Positions 9,895 to 18,609 of a stretch of DNA of 64,000 nt are shown here, piece after piece. Numbering within the stretch: the first letter of the stretch is position 1; the number at the start of each line of letters is the position of its first letter. Below the pieces are notes generated by a model. That model had not been told where the DNA came from and searched no databases. It saw nothing but the letters and a program-made list of their open reading frames with translations. Both the position numbers and the translations under genes were made by a program. The DNA lies in NCBI RefSeq assembly GCF_947496775.1, contig NZ_CANMDU010000004.1:218426-282425 (forward strand). The letters are read 5' to 3'. The stretch comes from an uncultured Maribacter sp. (GTDB lineage: Bacteria; Bacteroidota; Bacteroidia; Flavobacteriales; Flavobacteriaceae).

Positions 9895-11010
9895 TTATAA
9901 AGTTCCTCTTAGTTCTTGTTCTCTTTCCAAGGCTTCAAATAAAGCCTTAAAATTACCTTTCCCAAAAGAAGTAGCTCCCTTACGTTGTATTATTTCAAAA
10001 AACATAGTTGGTCTTGCTTGTACCGTTTTTGTAAATATCTGCAACAAATATCCTTCATCATCACGATCCACTAAAATTCCTAAAGGTCTTAAAGCCTCAA
10101 TATCTTCATCAATCTTACCTACTCTATCTGTAAGTACATCATAATAAGAATCGGGAACTCTTAAAAATTCTACACCCCTATTTCTTAATTCTGTTACCGT
10201 TTTTACAATATTATCCGTTGCTACTGCAATATGTTGCACTCCTTCTCCTTCATAAAATTCCAAATACTCATCTACTTGCGACTTCTTTAACCCTGGTGCT
10301 GGTTCATTGATAGGAAATTTTATTCTACCATTACCAGAACTCATTACTTTACTCATCAAAGCGGTAAATTCTGTAGAAATATCTTTATCATCAAAAGACA
10401 TAATTTGGGTAAAGCCCATTACTTCTTCATAAAATTTTACCCAATGATTCATTTGCCCTAAAGCCACATTTCCTACCATGTGATCCACATATTTAAGACC
10501 TACATCTTCTGGAGTATAATTAGGCGTTTCCCAAGAAGTAAATCCTGGTAAAAAAACACCATTGTAGTTTTTGCGTTCTACAAAAATATGTACCACCTCA
10601 CCATAAGAATAGATACCTGAACGTACAACAGTACCAAACTCGTCTTTCTCTAAAACTGGTTTCATATAATGTGTTGCTCCCCTTTTAATAGCTTCATTAT
10701 AAGCATAAGTAGCATCATCTACCCAAAGCGCCGTAACTTTTACACCATCACCATGTTTATCTATATGTTTGCCAACTTCCGTTCCACTTTTTAAAGGAGA
10801 AGTTAAAACCAATCTTATTTTATCTTGTACAACTACATAAGACTCTAACTCTTTACTTCCAGTTTCTAAACCTTTATAAGCAAGAGACTTAAATCCGAAT
10901 GCTGATTTATAATAGTGTGCTGCTTGTTTAGCATTACTAACATAAAATTCTAAATAATCAGTTCCGTTAATAGGCATAAAATCTTTAGCCCCTTCTACTG
11001 TTTGTGACAT
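9895..11010 (-). CDS. hppD: 4-hydroxyphenylpyruvate dioxygenase
   Basis: A 371-aa product with two VOC domains and a conserved C-terminal region (FFEIIQRKGA...GNFKALFEALE). Confidence 0.9.
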   Translation of the reverse strand: MSQTVEGAKDFMPINGTDYLEFYVSNAKQAAHYYKSAFGFKSLAYKGLETGSKELESYVVVQDKIRLVLTSPLKSGTEVGKHIDKHGDGVKVTALWVDDATYAYNEAIKRGATHYMKPVLEKDEFGTVVRSGIYSYGEVVHIFVERKNYNGVFLPGFTSWETPNYTPEDVGLKYVDHMVGNVALGQMNHWVKFYEEVMGFTQIMSFDDKDISTEFTALMSKVMSSGNGRIKFPINEPAPGLKKSQVDEYLEFYEGEGVQHIAVATDNIVKTVTELRNRGVEFLRVPDSYYDVLTDRVGKIDEDIEALRPLGILVDRDDEGYLLQIFTKTVQARPTMFFEIIQRKGATSFGKGNFKALFEALEREQELRGTL

Positions 11011-11040
11011 TTTTTTACTTTTTTTATTATTCTCAAGAAT

Positions 11041-11925
11041 CTACTTTATCGAAAAAGTAGTTAAAATCGCATTCGTTATATTCTCTTCTTTTATATAAAC
11101 TCGGATACGACAATGCAATGCATAAAAATCCTTATCCTTAACCATTTTCTTTAATGAATCATCTGTACTTATAAATTGCGCTATTTCCTTCTCAGATGGT
11201 ATTTTTTCGGCATTACCCAATCTTCCTAAATTATTTCCAGTAAGAATATCACTCTTTATAACATGAGTAGGTAGTTTATCTACCCCTATTCCCTGTGTAA
11301 AAATCGGCTTAGGAATTTCAAATAGGGCAGCTTCATTAGCTCTGGTATACCAACTTTCTCCCATTCTTGCCACCATATCTAATTTTATAGTATCTAATTT
11401 TCCATCTTTATTTGTATACACATCATCTATATGAATTAAAACCACTTTAGCAATGATTAAATTACCAGCTCCCCCTTGATCTCCTAACGCTATTACATTC
11501 TCTACTACACATTCAAAAGAAACCGGAGATTCTTTTACTCTTGGGGATTTTACTCTAACAGAAGGGATAGCTGTTAAACCAGACTTTGCAAATTCATTTA
11601 CTCCTTTATTATATTCCGTGCTGGCTAAAGACATTTGCTCCACCATAGGAAAATTGACCGTATTAATAACTACTTCCTTAGTTTCTAAAGCATTTTCTAA
11701 AGTATGCTTTGTTGTATTATCCCGAACCCTTCTTGCTGGTGAAAAAATCAATATTGGCGGATTGGCACTAAAAACATTAAAAAAGCTAAATGGACTTAAA
11801 TTAACGTTTCCCTCTCTATCTACCGTACTTGCAAGTGCAATAGGTCTTGGTGCTACACCTGATAATAACAACCCATGCAATTGCACAACTTCTATTTCTT
11901 GCGGATCTAAAGTAAATGTTGCCAT
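11041..11925 (-). CDS. Flavin reductase-like domain protein (FMN-binding split barrel) with C-terminal extension
   Basis: A 294-aa product. The N-terminal ~180 aa match the flavin reductase family pattern (SGVAPRPIALAST...NLSPFSFF). Confidence 0.55.
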   Translation of the reverse strand: MATFTLDPQEIEVVQLHGLLLSGVAPRPIALASTVDREGNVNLSPFSFFNVFSANPPILIFSPARRVRDNTTKHTLENALETKEVVINTVNFPMVEQMSLASTEYNKGVNEFAKSGLTAIPSVRVKSPRVKESPVSFECVVENVIALGDQGGAGNLIIAKVVLIHIDDVYTNKDGKLDTIKLDMVARMGESWYTRANEAALFEIPKPIFTQGIGVDKLPTHVIKSDILTGNNLGRLGNAEKIPSEKEIAQFISTDDSLKKMVKDKDFYALHCRIRVYIKEENITNAILTTFSIK

Positions 11926-11926
11926 A

Positions 11927-13174
11927 TTATTTTTTTATAGGTAATAACTTTGTTTTTACTTCTCCAAAACCAACTCTTTTTCCATCCTTTTCACAGAATC
12001 CGCGCATAATAACAGTATCGTTATCGGCAATAAAAGTTCTTTGGGTACCATCTTTAAGTTGTATTGGGTTTTTGCCAGCCCATGAAAGTTCTAGCATAGA
12101 GCCGTAACTGTCTTTAGATTTTCCGCTAATAGTACCAGAGCCCATCATATCCCCTACATTTATATTACAACCGTTCATGGTATGGTGTGCTAATTGCTGC
12201 GCCATATTCCAATACATATATTTAAAATTTGAGTTACTAACTACAGTTTCTTCTCCACTTTCTGGTTTAATAGCTACTTGTAACTCAATATCATAATTAC
12301 GTTCTCCTTTATATTCTAAGTATGGTAATACTTTTGGAGTTTGTTCTGGGCCAGCAACTTTAAAAGGCTCTAAGGCATCCATAGTTACAATCCATGGAGA
12401 AATAGAAGAAGCAAAATTCTTTGCTAAAAATGGCCCTAAAGGAACGTACTCCCATTTTTGAATGTCTCTTGCAGACCAGTCATTAAATAATACTTTTCCA
12501 AAAATATACTCCTCCGCATTTTCTACTTTAACCGTATCTCCAAGGTTCGTTTTTTTACCAATGATGTACGCCATTTCTAATTCAAAATCTACCCTTTTAG
12601 AAGGCCCGTATGTTGGTTCTATAGCATCTGGAGCAATAGTTTGGCCCATTGGTCTATGTACATTTACATTACTTACCACAATAGAAGAAGCTCTTCCGTG
12701 GTAACCCACCGGAATATGTTTCCAATTTGGCAACAAAGCGTTATTGGGGTCTCTAAACATAGTACCTACATTTGTGGCATGCTCAATACTAGAGTAAAAA
12801 TCGGTATAGTCTCCAACAAATACAGGTAAGTGCATTTGTGCCACTTTTTGATTTACAAAAACACTGGAATCCGTTTTTAAAACACTATCCGCATTTGTTA
12901 GTTCTTCTTGAATTATAGTTCTTACTTTAGAAGTAATTTCTTTACCTAAAGCAATAAAACTATTTAAAGTTGTGCTAGAAAAAACATGGGTACTAAAATC
13001 TAAGGAACTAAATATTCCAAGCTCCGAAGCGGCTACTAAATCTAAAATCTGATTCCCAATAGCGATACCAACTCTTGAAGTATGAAGGGTTGTAGAAAAA
13101 ATTCCGAATGGAATATTATATATAGAAAAATCTGAATTTTGTGGAATATCTATCCAACAAGTCGTATTTGTCAT
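11927..13174 (-). CDS. fahA: Fumarylacetoacetase
   Basis: A 415-aa product with the FAH N-terminal domain and the hydrolase fold. It sits between hppD and hmgA. Confidence 0.85.
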   Translation of the reverse strand: MTNTTCWIDIPQNSDFSIYNIPFGIFSTTLHTSRVGIAIGNQILDLVAASELGIFSSLDFSTHVFSSTTLNSFIALGKEITSKVRTIIQEELTNADSVLKTDSSVFVNQKVAQMHLPVFVGDYTDFYSSIEHATNVGTMFRDPNNALLPNWKHIPVGYHGRASSIVVSNVNVHRPMGQTIAPDAIEPTYGPSKRVDFELEMAYIIGKKTNLGDTVKVENAEEYIFGKVLFNDWSARDIQKWEYVPLGPFLAKNFASSISPWIVTMDALEPFKVAGPEQTPKVLPYLEYKGERNYDIELQVAIKPESGEETVVSNSNFKYMYWNMAQQLAHHTMNGCNINVGDMMGSGTISGKSKDSYGSMLELSWAGKNPIQLKDGTQRTFIADNDTVIMRGFCEKDGKRVGFGEVKTKLLPIKK

Positions 13175-13201
13175 AGTTGTAGTTGTTTTGTTATGGTACT
13201 A

Positions 13202-14359
13202 TTATTCTAACCAAGATTGATAATAGGTACCATCATCAATATCTAAGGCCATTTGCGTTAATTTTAAAGGCTTAAAAGTATCTATCATTACGGCCAATTC
13301 ACCTGTTTCTTTTTTTCCTATACTCTTCTCATAAGCTCCAGGATGTGGTCCATGTGGTATACCTGCAGGATGTAGGGAAATATGGCCTTGTTCTACGTGA
13401 TTTCTACTCATAAAATTTCCATCTACATAATACAAAACCTCATCAGAATCTATATTAGAATGATTGTAAGGTGCAGGTATTGCTTCTGGATGGTAGTCAT
13501 ACAAACGAGGGCAAAAAGAACAAATTACAAAGGCATTTGTTTCAAAAGTTTGATGCACTGGTGGTGGTTGATGTACTCTACCTGTTATAGGTTCAAAATT
13601 ATGGATAGAAAAAGCATAAGGAAAATTATAGCCATCCCACCCAACTATATCAAAAGGATGCGATGCATAGACCATATGATGCAATTGTCCCTGTTTTTTA
13701 ACCTTCATAACAAAATCTCCGAAGGCATCTTGAGGATTAAGATTTTCTGGCAATTTAAAATCTCGCTCGCAAAATGGAGAGTGCTCTAAATGCTGACCAA
13801 ACCAATTTCTATATCTTTTAGGTGTATAAATTGGATTATAAGATTCTGCAATAAGTAATCTGTTATTCTCCGTTTCAAATGTTATCTGGTATATCATTCC
13901 CCTTGGGATAATAATATAATCTCCATATTCAAAAGGGATATCTCCTAACATTGTTTTTAAAACTCCTTTCCCCTTATGAACAAATAGCATCTCATCCGCA
14001 TCTGTGTTTTTATAAAAATACTCCGTCATAGATTTTCTAGGAGCCGCCAAGCTAACATGAACATCATTATTAAATAAAACTACTTTTCTGCTCTCTAAAA
14101 AATCATCTTCTGGTCTAACTTCAAACCCTTTTAATAATCTAGATTTTATATTATGTTTTAAAGCTGCTTTGGGGCTTAAATCTATACTCTCCCCAACTTC
14201 TTTTACCATCGTTGGTCTATGTAAATGATACATTAGGGAAGACATTCCGTCAAAACCAATAGTACCAAACAATTGCTCGTAATGTAGCGTTCCATCTTCT
14301 TTTTTAAAAACCGTATGTCTCTTTCTGGGGATTTTACCTAAAGTATGATATAGTGGCAT
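13202..14359 (-). CDS. hmgA: Homogentisate 1,2-dioxygenase (start trimmed to the internal Met of the ORF-track call)
   Basis: HmgA similarity starts at MPLYHTLGKIP. The ORF-track N-terminal 34 aa (to 14461) look like a spurious extension. Confidence 0.85.
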   Translation of the reverse strand: MPLYHTLGKIPRKRHTVFKKEDGTLHYEQLFGTIGFDGMSSLMYHLHRPTMVKEVGESIDLSPKAALKHNIKSRLLKGFEVRPEDDFLESRKVVLFNNDVHVSLAAPRKSMTEYFYKNTDADEMLFVHKGKGVLKTMLGDIPFEYGDYIIIPRGMIYQITFETENNRLLIAESYNPIYTPKRYRNWFGQHLEHSPFCERDFKLPENLNPQDAFGDFVMKVKKQGQLHHMVYASHPFDIVGWDGYNFPYAFSIHNFEPITGRVHQPPPVHQTFETNAFVICSFCPRLYDYHPEAIPAPYNHSNIDSDEVLYYVDGNFMSRNHVEQGHISLHPAGIPHGPHPGAYEKSIGKKETGELAVMIDTFKPLKLTQMALDIDDGTYYQSWLE

Positions 14360-14470
14360 AATTATATATTTACGTGAACGTTTGTTCATGTAAATATATT
14401 CATTATACAGATAATTGCAAACTTTTTCCTTAGTTTTGAGCTCTTTAACCAATGCATTCACACTTTTAGC

Positions 14471-15049
14471 ATGAGCAAAATGACAAAAAAAGAACGCTTT
14501 TTAGCAGTCTCTTTAAAATTGATTAATGAAAAAGGATTTAAAGCAACTACCATAAGAGATATTGCAAGCAGTCTAAATTGTGAAGTAGCAAATATTTACA
14601 ATTATATAGATTCCAAACAATCTCTTTTAGAAACCTATCTCTTTGGAATTTCCAATGAATTTCATTCTGCTGTAGATACTATTATAGATTCAAACATATC
14701 GTCCGAAAAAAAACTTAGGCTAATTATACGAACACATATAGACTTAATGGTTAAAAAACCATATGAATTGGCCCTCTTAGTTAATGAATGGAGAAACCTA
14801 AAAGAACCTAAACTTGGTACTTTTGTTGCCGAAAGAAACACCTACGAGGATAAGGTAAAAACGGTTATAAAACAAGGAATGGAACAAGGCGTATTTAAGG
14901 TCTTAGATTTGGAAATTGCCACATTTACTTTTCTATCTACCCTACGATGGTTACACGATAAAAATTCGGAGCACCCTGTACAGATGAATCCTATCGAAAT
15001 TGAAAGGCAAATTTCAACTTTTGTTTTTTCCGGGATTTCTAAAAAATAA
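14471..15049 (+). CDS. TetR/AcrR family transcriptional regulator, divergent from hmgA
   Basis: A 192-aa product with an N-terminal HTH (FKATTIRDIASSLNCEVANIYNY). Confidence 0.8.
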   Translation: MSKMTKKERFLAVSLKLINEKGFKATTIRDIASSLNCEVANIYNYIDSKQSLLETYLFGISNEFHSAVDTIIDSNISSEKKLRLIIRTHIDLMVKKPYELALLVNEWRNLKEPKLGTFVAERNTYEDKVKTVIKQGMEQGVFKVLDLEIATFTFLSTLRWLHDKNSEHPVQMNPIEIERQISTFVFSGISKK

Positions 15050-15251
15050 AATTATTTTTAAAGTGCCTACATCTTTATCATAATCCAAATACCAACCTTA
15101 TTTATCGCACAACAAATTTAATATTAGCTTTTCACCAATTCTATAACTATATTTTACCAATTATTAGCCGTAATTGCACTAAAAATACCCTGTTGAACTA
15201 ATATTTCTTTCTATTTTTAGCGGTAAATACTGACTAATTGTTATTACTTCT

Positions 15252-17912
15252 ATGAATAAAAATTTATTTCTTGTTCTGTTATGTACTACTATTTTTTCTA
15301 TTAAGTCCGTAGCTCAGCATTCTGTGGCTAGAGAATGGAATGAGGTACTTTTAGAAGCTATAAGATTAGACTACGCAAGACCCACCGTACATGCAAGAAA
15401 TTTATTTCATAGCTCTATTATTATGTATGATGCATGGTCTATTTTTGATGAGACAGCAGAAACTGTATTTTTAGGTAAAAACTATGGTGATTATTATTGC
15501 TCTTTTGAAGGCATACCAACAACTATAGACATAGAAAGAGCAAGACATGAGGTTATAAGTTATGCTATGTTTAGATTATTGAACCATAGATTTAAAAACT
15601 CCCCAGGGGCTGCAACTTCATTAGAAAATTTTCGAAATCTATTCCTATCCTATAATTATGATGAAAATATAACTAGTCTAGATTATTCAACCACGAATTC
15701 TTATGCTTCTTTAGGTAATTACTTAGCAAGTGAAATTATTGCTTTTGGAATGCAAGATGGTTCTAACGAAGAAAATGACTATAGAAATCAACACTATTTG
15801 TACAGCAACGACCCAATTATTTTAGAGCAATATAAAGATACAAATGATTTAAATTTCCCTGATAGATGGCAACCCTTAGCGTTTGACTTATTTATTGATC
15901 AAAGTGGCAATCCACAACCATCTAGCATTCCGGATTTTTTAAGTCCCGAATGGGGAGAAGTAACTCCTTTCTCTCTAAAAAAAGAAGACCTAGAAATACT
16001 TAATAACGGATTTGAAAGCACTTTTTATGATGGTTTTGATAGTTATGTATATAATAACCCTGGTGATCCCGTATATATTCAAAACTCTAATGAAAATGGT
16101 ATTGAAGACCCATATAAATGGCATTTTTCTTTAGTAGCCCAATGGTCCTCACAATTAGACCCTAACGACCCAACCCTTATTGATATTTCTCCAGGAGCTT
16201 TGGGCAATGTAGACATAGCTAACTACCCTAAAACTTTTGAAGAATATAAAAATTTCTATAAATTTTATGAAGGAGGAGACATCGGAACAGGGCATTCTTT
16301 AAATCCTGCTACTAATGCACCATATATGCCTCAATTAGTAAAAAGGGCAGATTATGCTAGGGTTTTAGCTGAATTTTGGGCAGACGGCCCAGATTCCGAA
16401 ACTCCTCCTGGTCACTGGTTTACCATATTAAACTATGTCAATGATCATCCAGAAACTATTAAAAGATTAGAGGGTCAAGGTGCTATATTAAATGATTTAG
16501 AATGGGATGTTAAATCTTATCTTGCATTAGGTGGAGCAATGCACGATTCAGCAGTTAACACATGGGGTATAAAAGGATACTATGATTATATAAGACCAAT
16601 TTCTGCTATTAGATATATGGCCGGAAAAGGACAAAGTACAGATTCTTCTTTACCTAGCTACGATCCCCATGGAATACCTCTTATTCCGGGCAGTATAGAA
16701 CTTATTGAATCTGGAGATGTGTTAGCCGGAGATAATAATGAAAATGTGGGCAAAATTAAAATATACGCATGGAAAGGCCCAGATTTTATTCAAGATCCTA
16801 TTACAGATATTGCCGGGGTAGATTGGATATTGGGAACGCATTGGTGGCCTTATCAAAGAGGCACCTTTGTAACTCCTCCTTTTGCTGGTTATGTTTCAGG
16901 ACATTCTACTTTTTCTAGAGCCGCCTCAGAAGTATTAACTATGCTAACTGGCGATGCTTTTTTTCCTGGTGGAATGGGTACTTTTAATATAGAGGAAAAC
17001 AACTTTTTAGTTTTTGAAAACGGTCCAAGTGAAGATATTACTTTACAATGGGCAACTTATAGAGATGCATCTGACCAAACAAGTTTATCCAGAATTTGGG
17101 GAGGGATACACCCACCTATTGATGATATTAGGGGGCGCATTATAGGAGAAAAAATTGGTATAGAATCTTTTAATCTTGCACAAAAATATTTTGATGGAAT
17201 TGCATTATCTCCTGAAAATTTAAGCTTAAATATTACCAATGAAGATTGTATAAACCCGAATAATGGAAAAATATTAATTTCTTCCCTTAATAAAACATTA
17301 GATTTTAAATTTTCTTTAAACAATAAAGATTATACTTTTAAAAATGAATTAGAAATTGAGAATCTAGAACCAGGGAGCTATTCTTTTTGCGTAACACCAA
17401 TAAAAAATATAGATTTTGAACAATGTTTTGATTTTATTATCGAAAAAGCTAATCTTTTGCAGGTAAAACTAGAAACAAATAATGGAGAATATATTAATGA
17501 AGCTAACATTGAAATAGTATATGGAACTCCCCCATTCAATATTACAATTAACAATGCTTTTTTTGTACAAGAAAACAAAAACAATTTCAGAATAAACATT
17601 AAGGAAGGAGATAAAATTAAAATTACTTCAGGGATTCTTTGCGAAGGAAATTTTAACCAAACAATAGCGTCAAAAAATAATGCAATAATTTATCCTAACC
17701 CTACTAATTTAAGCTCCAACATTTTTATACCTGAAGAAGTAGGAAAAGTTTTTGCAGAAATTTTTAACGCTCAAGGCCAGTTAGTTTCTTATAAAAACTA
17801 CACAGTAGAAAACAATGAAATTAGAGTAGAATCGGAGTTTCTTCCATCCGGAGTATATTATATAAATTTACATTTAACAAAACCAAAAACGGTAACTCTA
17901 ATTAAAAATTAG
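15252..17912 (+). CDS. Secreted PAP2-superfamily / vanadium-dependent haloperoxidase-like protein with T9SS C-terminal sorting domain
   Basis: It has a signal peptide and all three PAP2 motifs. These are KGYYDYIRP (Kx6RP), VSGHS (PSGH-like) and SRIWGGIHPPID (SRx5Hx3D). A C-terminal ~80 aa with IYPNPT...YYINLH is typical of Por/T9SS CTDs. Confidence 0.7.
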   Translation: MNKNLFLVLLCTTIFSIKSVAQHSVAREWNEVLLEAIRLDYARPTVHARNLFHSSIIMYDAWSIFDETAETVFLGKNYGDYYCSFEGIPTTIDIERARHEVISYAMFRLLNHRFKNSPGAATSLENFRNLFLSYNYDENITSLDYSTTNSYASLGNYLASEIIAFGMQDGSNEENDYRNQHYLYSNDPIILEQYKDTNDLNFPDRWQPLAFDLFIDQSGNPQPSSIPDFLSPEWGEVTPFSLKKEDLEILNNGFESTFYDGFDSYVYNNPGDPVYIQNSNENGIEDPYKWHFSLVAQWSSQLDPNDPTLIDISPGALGNVDIANYPKTFEEYKNFYKFYEGGDIGTGHSLNPATNAPYMPQLVKRADYARVLAEFWADGPDSETPPGHWFTILNYVNDHPETIKRLEGQGAILNDLEWDVKSYLALGGAMHDSAVNTWGIKGYYDYIRPISAIRYMAGKGQSTDSSLPSYDPHGIPLIPGSIELIESGDVLAGDNNENVGKIKIYAWKGPDFIQDPITDIAGVDWILGTHWWPYQRGTFVTPPFAGYVSGHSTFSRAASEVLTMLTGDAFFPGGMGTFNIEENNFLVFENGPSEDITLQWATYRDASDQTSLSRIWGGIHPPIDDIRGRIIGEKIGIESFNLAQKYFDGIALSPENLSLNITNEDCINPNNGKILISSLNKTLDFKFSLNNKDYTFKNELEIENLEPGSYSFCVTPIKNIDFEQCFDFIIEKANLLQVKLETNNGEYINEANIEIVYGTPPFNITINNAFFVQENKNNFRINIKEGDKIKITSGILCEGNFNQTIASKNNAIIYPNPTNLSSNIFIPEEVGKVFAEIFNAQGQLVSYKNYTVENNEIRVESEFLPSGVYYINLHLTKPKTVTLIKN

Positions 17913-17983
17913 AAATAATTAAACCTCGAACGCCCCACTATTGTACAAAAACGCAGATTCAAACAAATTCCAAAAAAAAAAGA

Positions 17984-18012
17984 GATACATTGATGAAGTG
18001 TATCCCTTTAAA
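17984..18012 (+). terminator. Weak terminator-like hairpin after the PAP2 gene
   Basis: The stem GATACAT/GTGTATC is followed by a T-rich tract rather than an immediate T-run. Confidence 0.35.
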
Positions 18013-18526
18013 ATTTTCTTTTTTCTTAATGTAAACAGTAATTTTGTTCCGTATAGCGGTACCTTTTATTTTCTATAAGCCTATTAAAAAAAATGATTTT
18101 TTTAGATTCTATTGTCGATTGATTGATGAGTGTTTTCATGATTGTTTTTTTATGATTGATGTACTAAAATCGATATTACCGATTAAAATTTCTATACTGC
18201 GCCCATTGAGCTCTTTTACTATTACTTAAAGACGAAAAATATTGTCCTGTTCTTGATTCTGTAGATGTTCTGTTCGTAGATGCTTTCATAATTTCTATAT
18301 TTTAGTTGTTGTTGTTTAATTGACTTACACTTAATAGACGAGAGACTTATAATTTTGTTACAGTACTATGTATAAAAAGGTACTATTTTATGTATTATTT
18401 AACAATTAATCCTAAAGATAATACTCCGAAAGAGGTAAAGAACTCAATATAAGCAACATATAATTCTATCTTACTTACTTTCCTATTAATCTATAATATT
18501 TTTTTTAAACCTATTTTGTCTTCAAA

Positions 18527-18566
18527 TGAAAAAAGCTTCACAAGTCCTTAACTCATGAAGCTTTTA
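18527..18566 (-). terminator. Intrinsic terminator for the VIT/vWA gene (bidirectional-capable)
   Basis: A perfect 10-bp stem AAAAGCTTCA/TGAAGCTTTT has a T-run on the minus strand. Confidence 0.7.
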
Positions 18567-18609
18567 TAAATAGATAGAAAATTTTAATTCTTAATAGAAG
18601 GTATTCTTT

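Noticed and set aside
13382-13789. Plus-strand 135-aa ORF antisense to hmgA
   Set aside because: It is nested antisense within a conserved enzyme gene, with low-complexity composition.
13202-14461. Full-length ORF-track call for hmgA (419 aa)
   Set aside because: The first 34 residues (MNALVKELKTKEKVCNYLYNEYIYMNKRSRKYII) precede the conserved HmgA N-terminus. The start was moved to 14359.
14390-14470. TetR operator palindrome in the hmgA/tetR divergent region
   Set aside because: Only a 6-bp GAGCTC core palindrome is visible, which is too weak to call.
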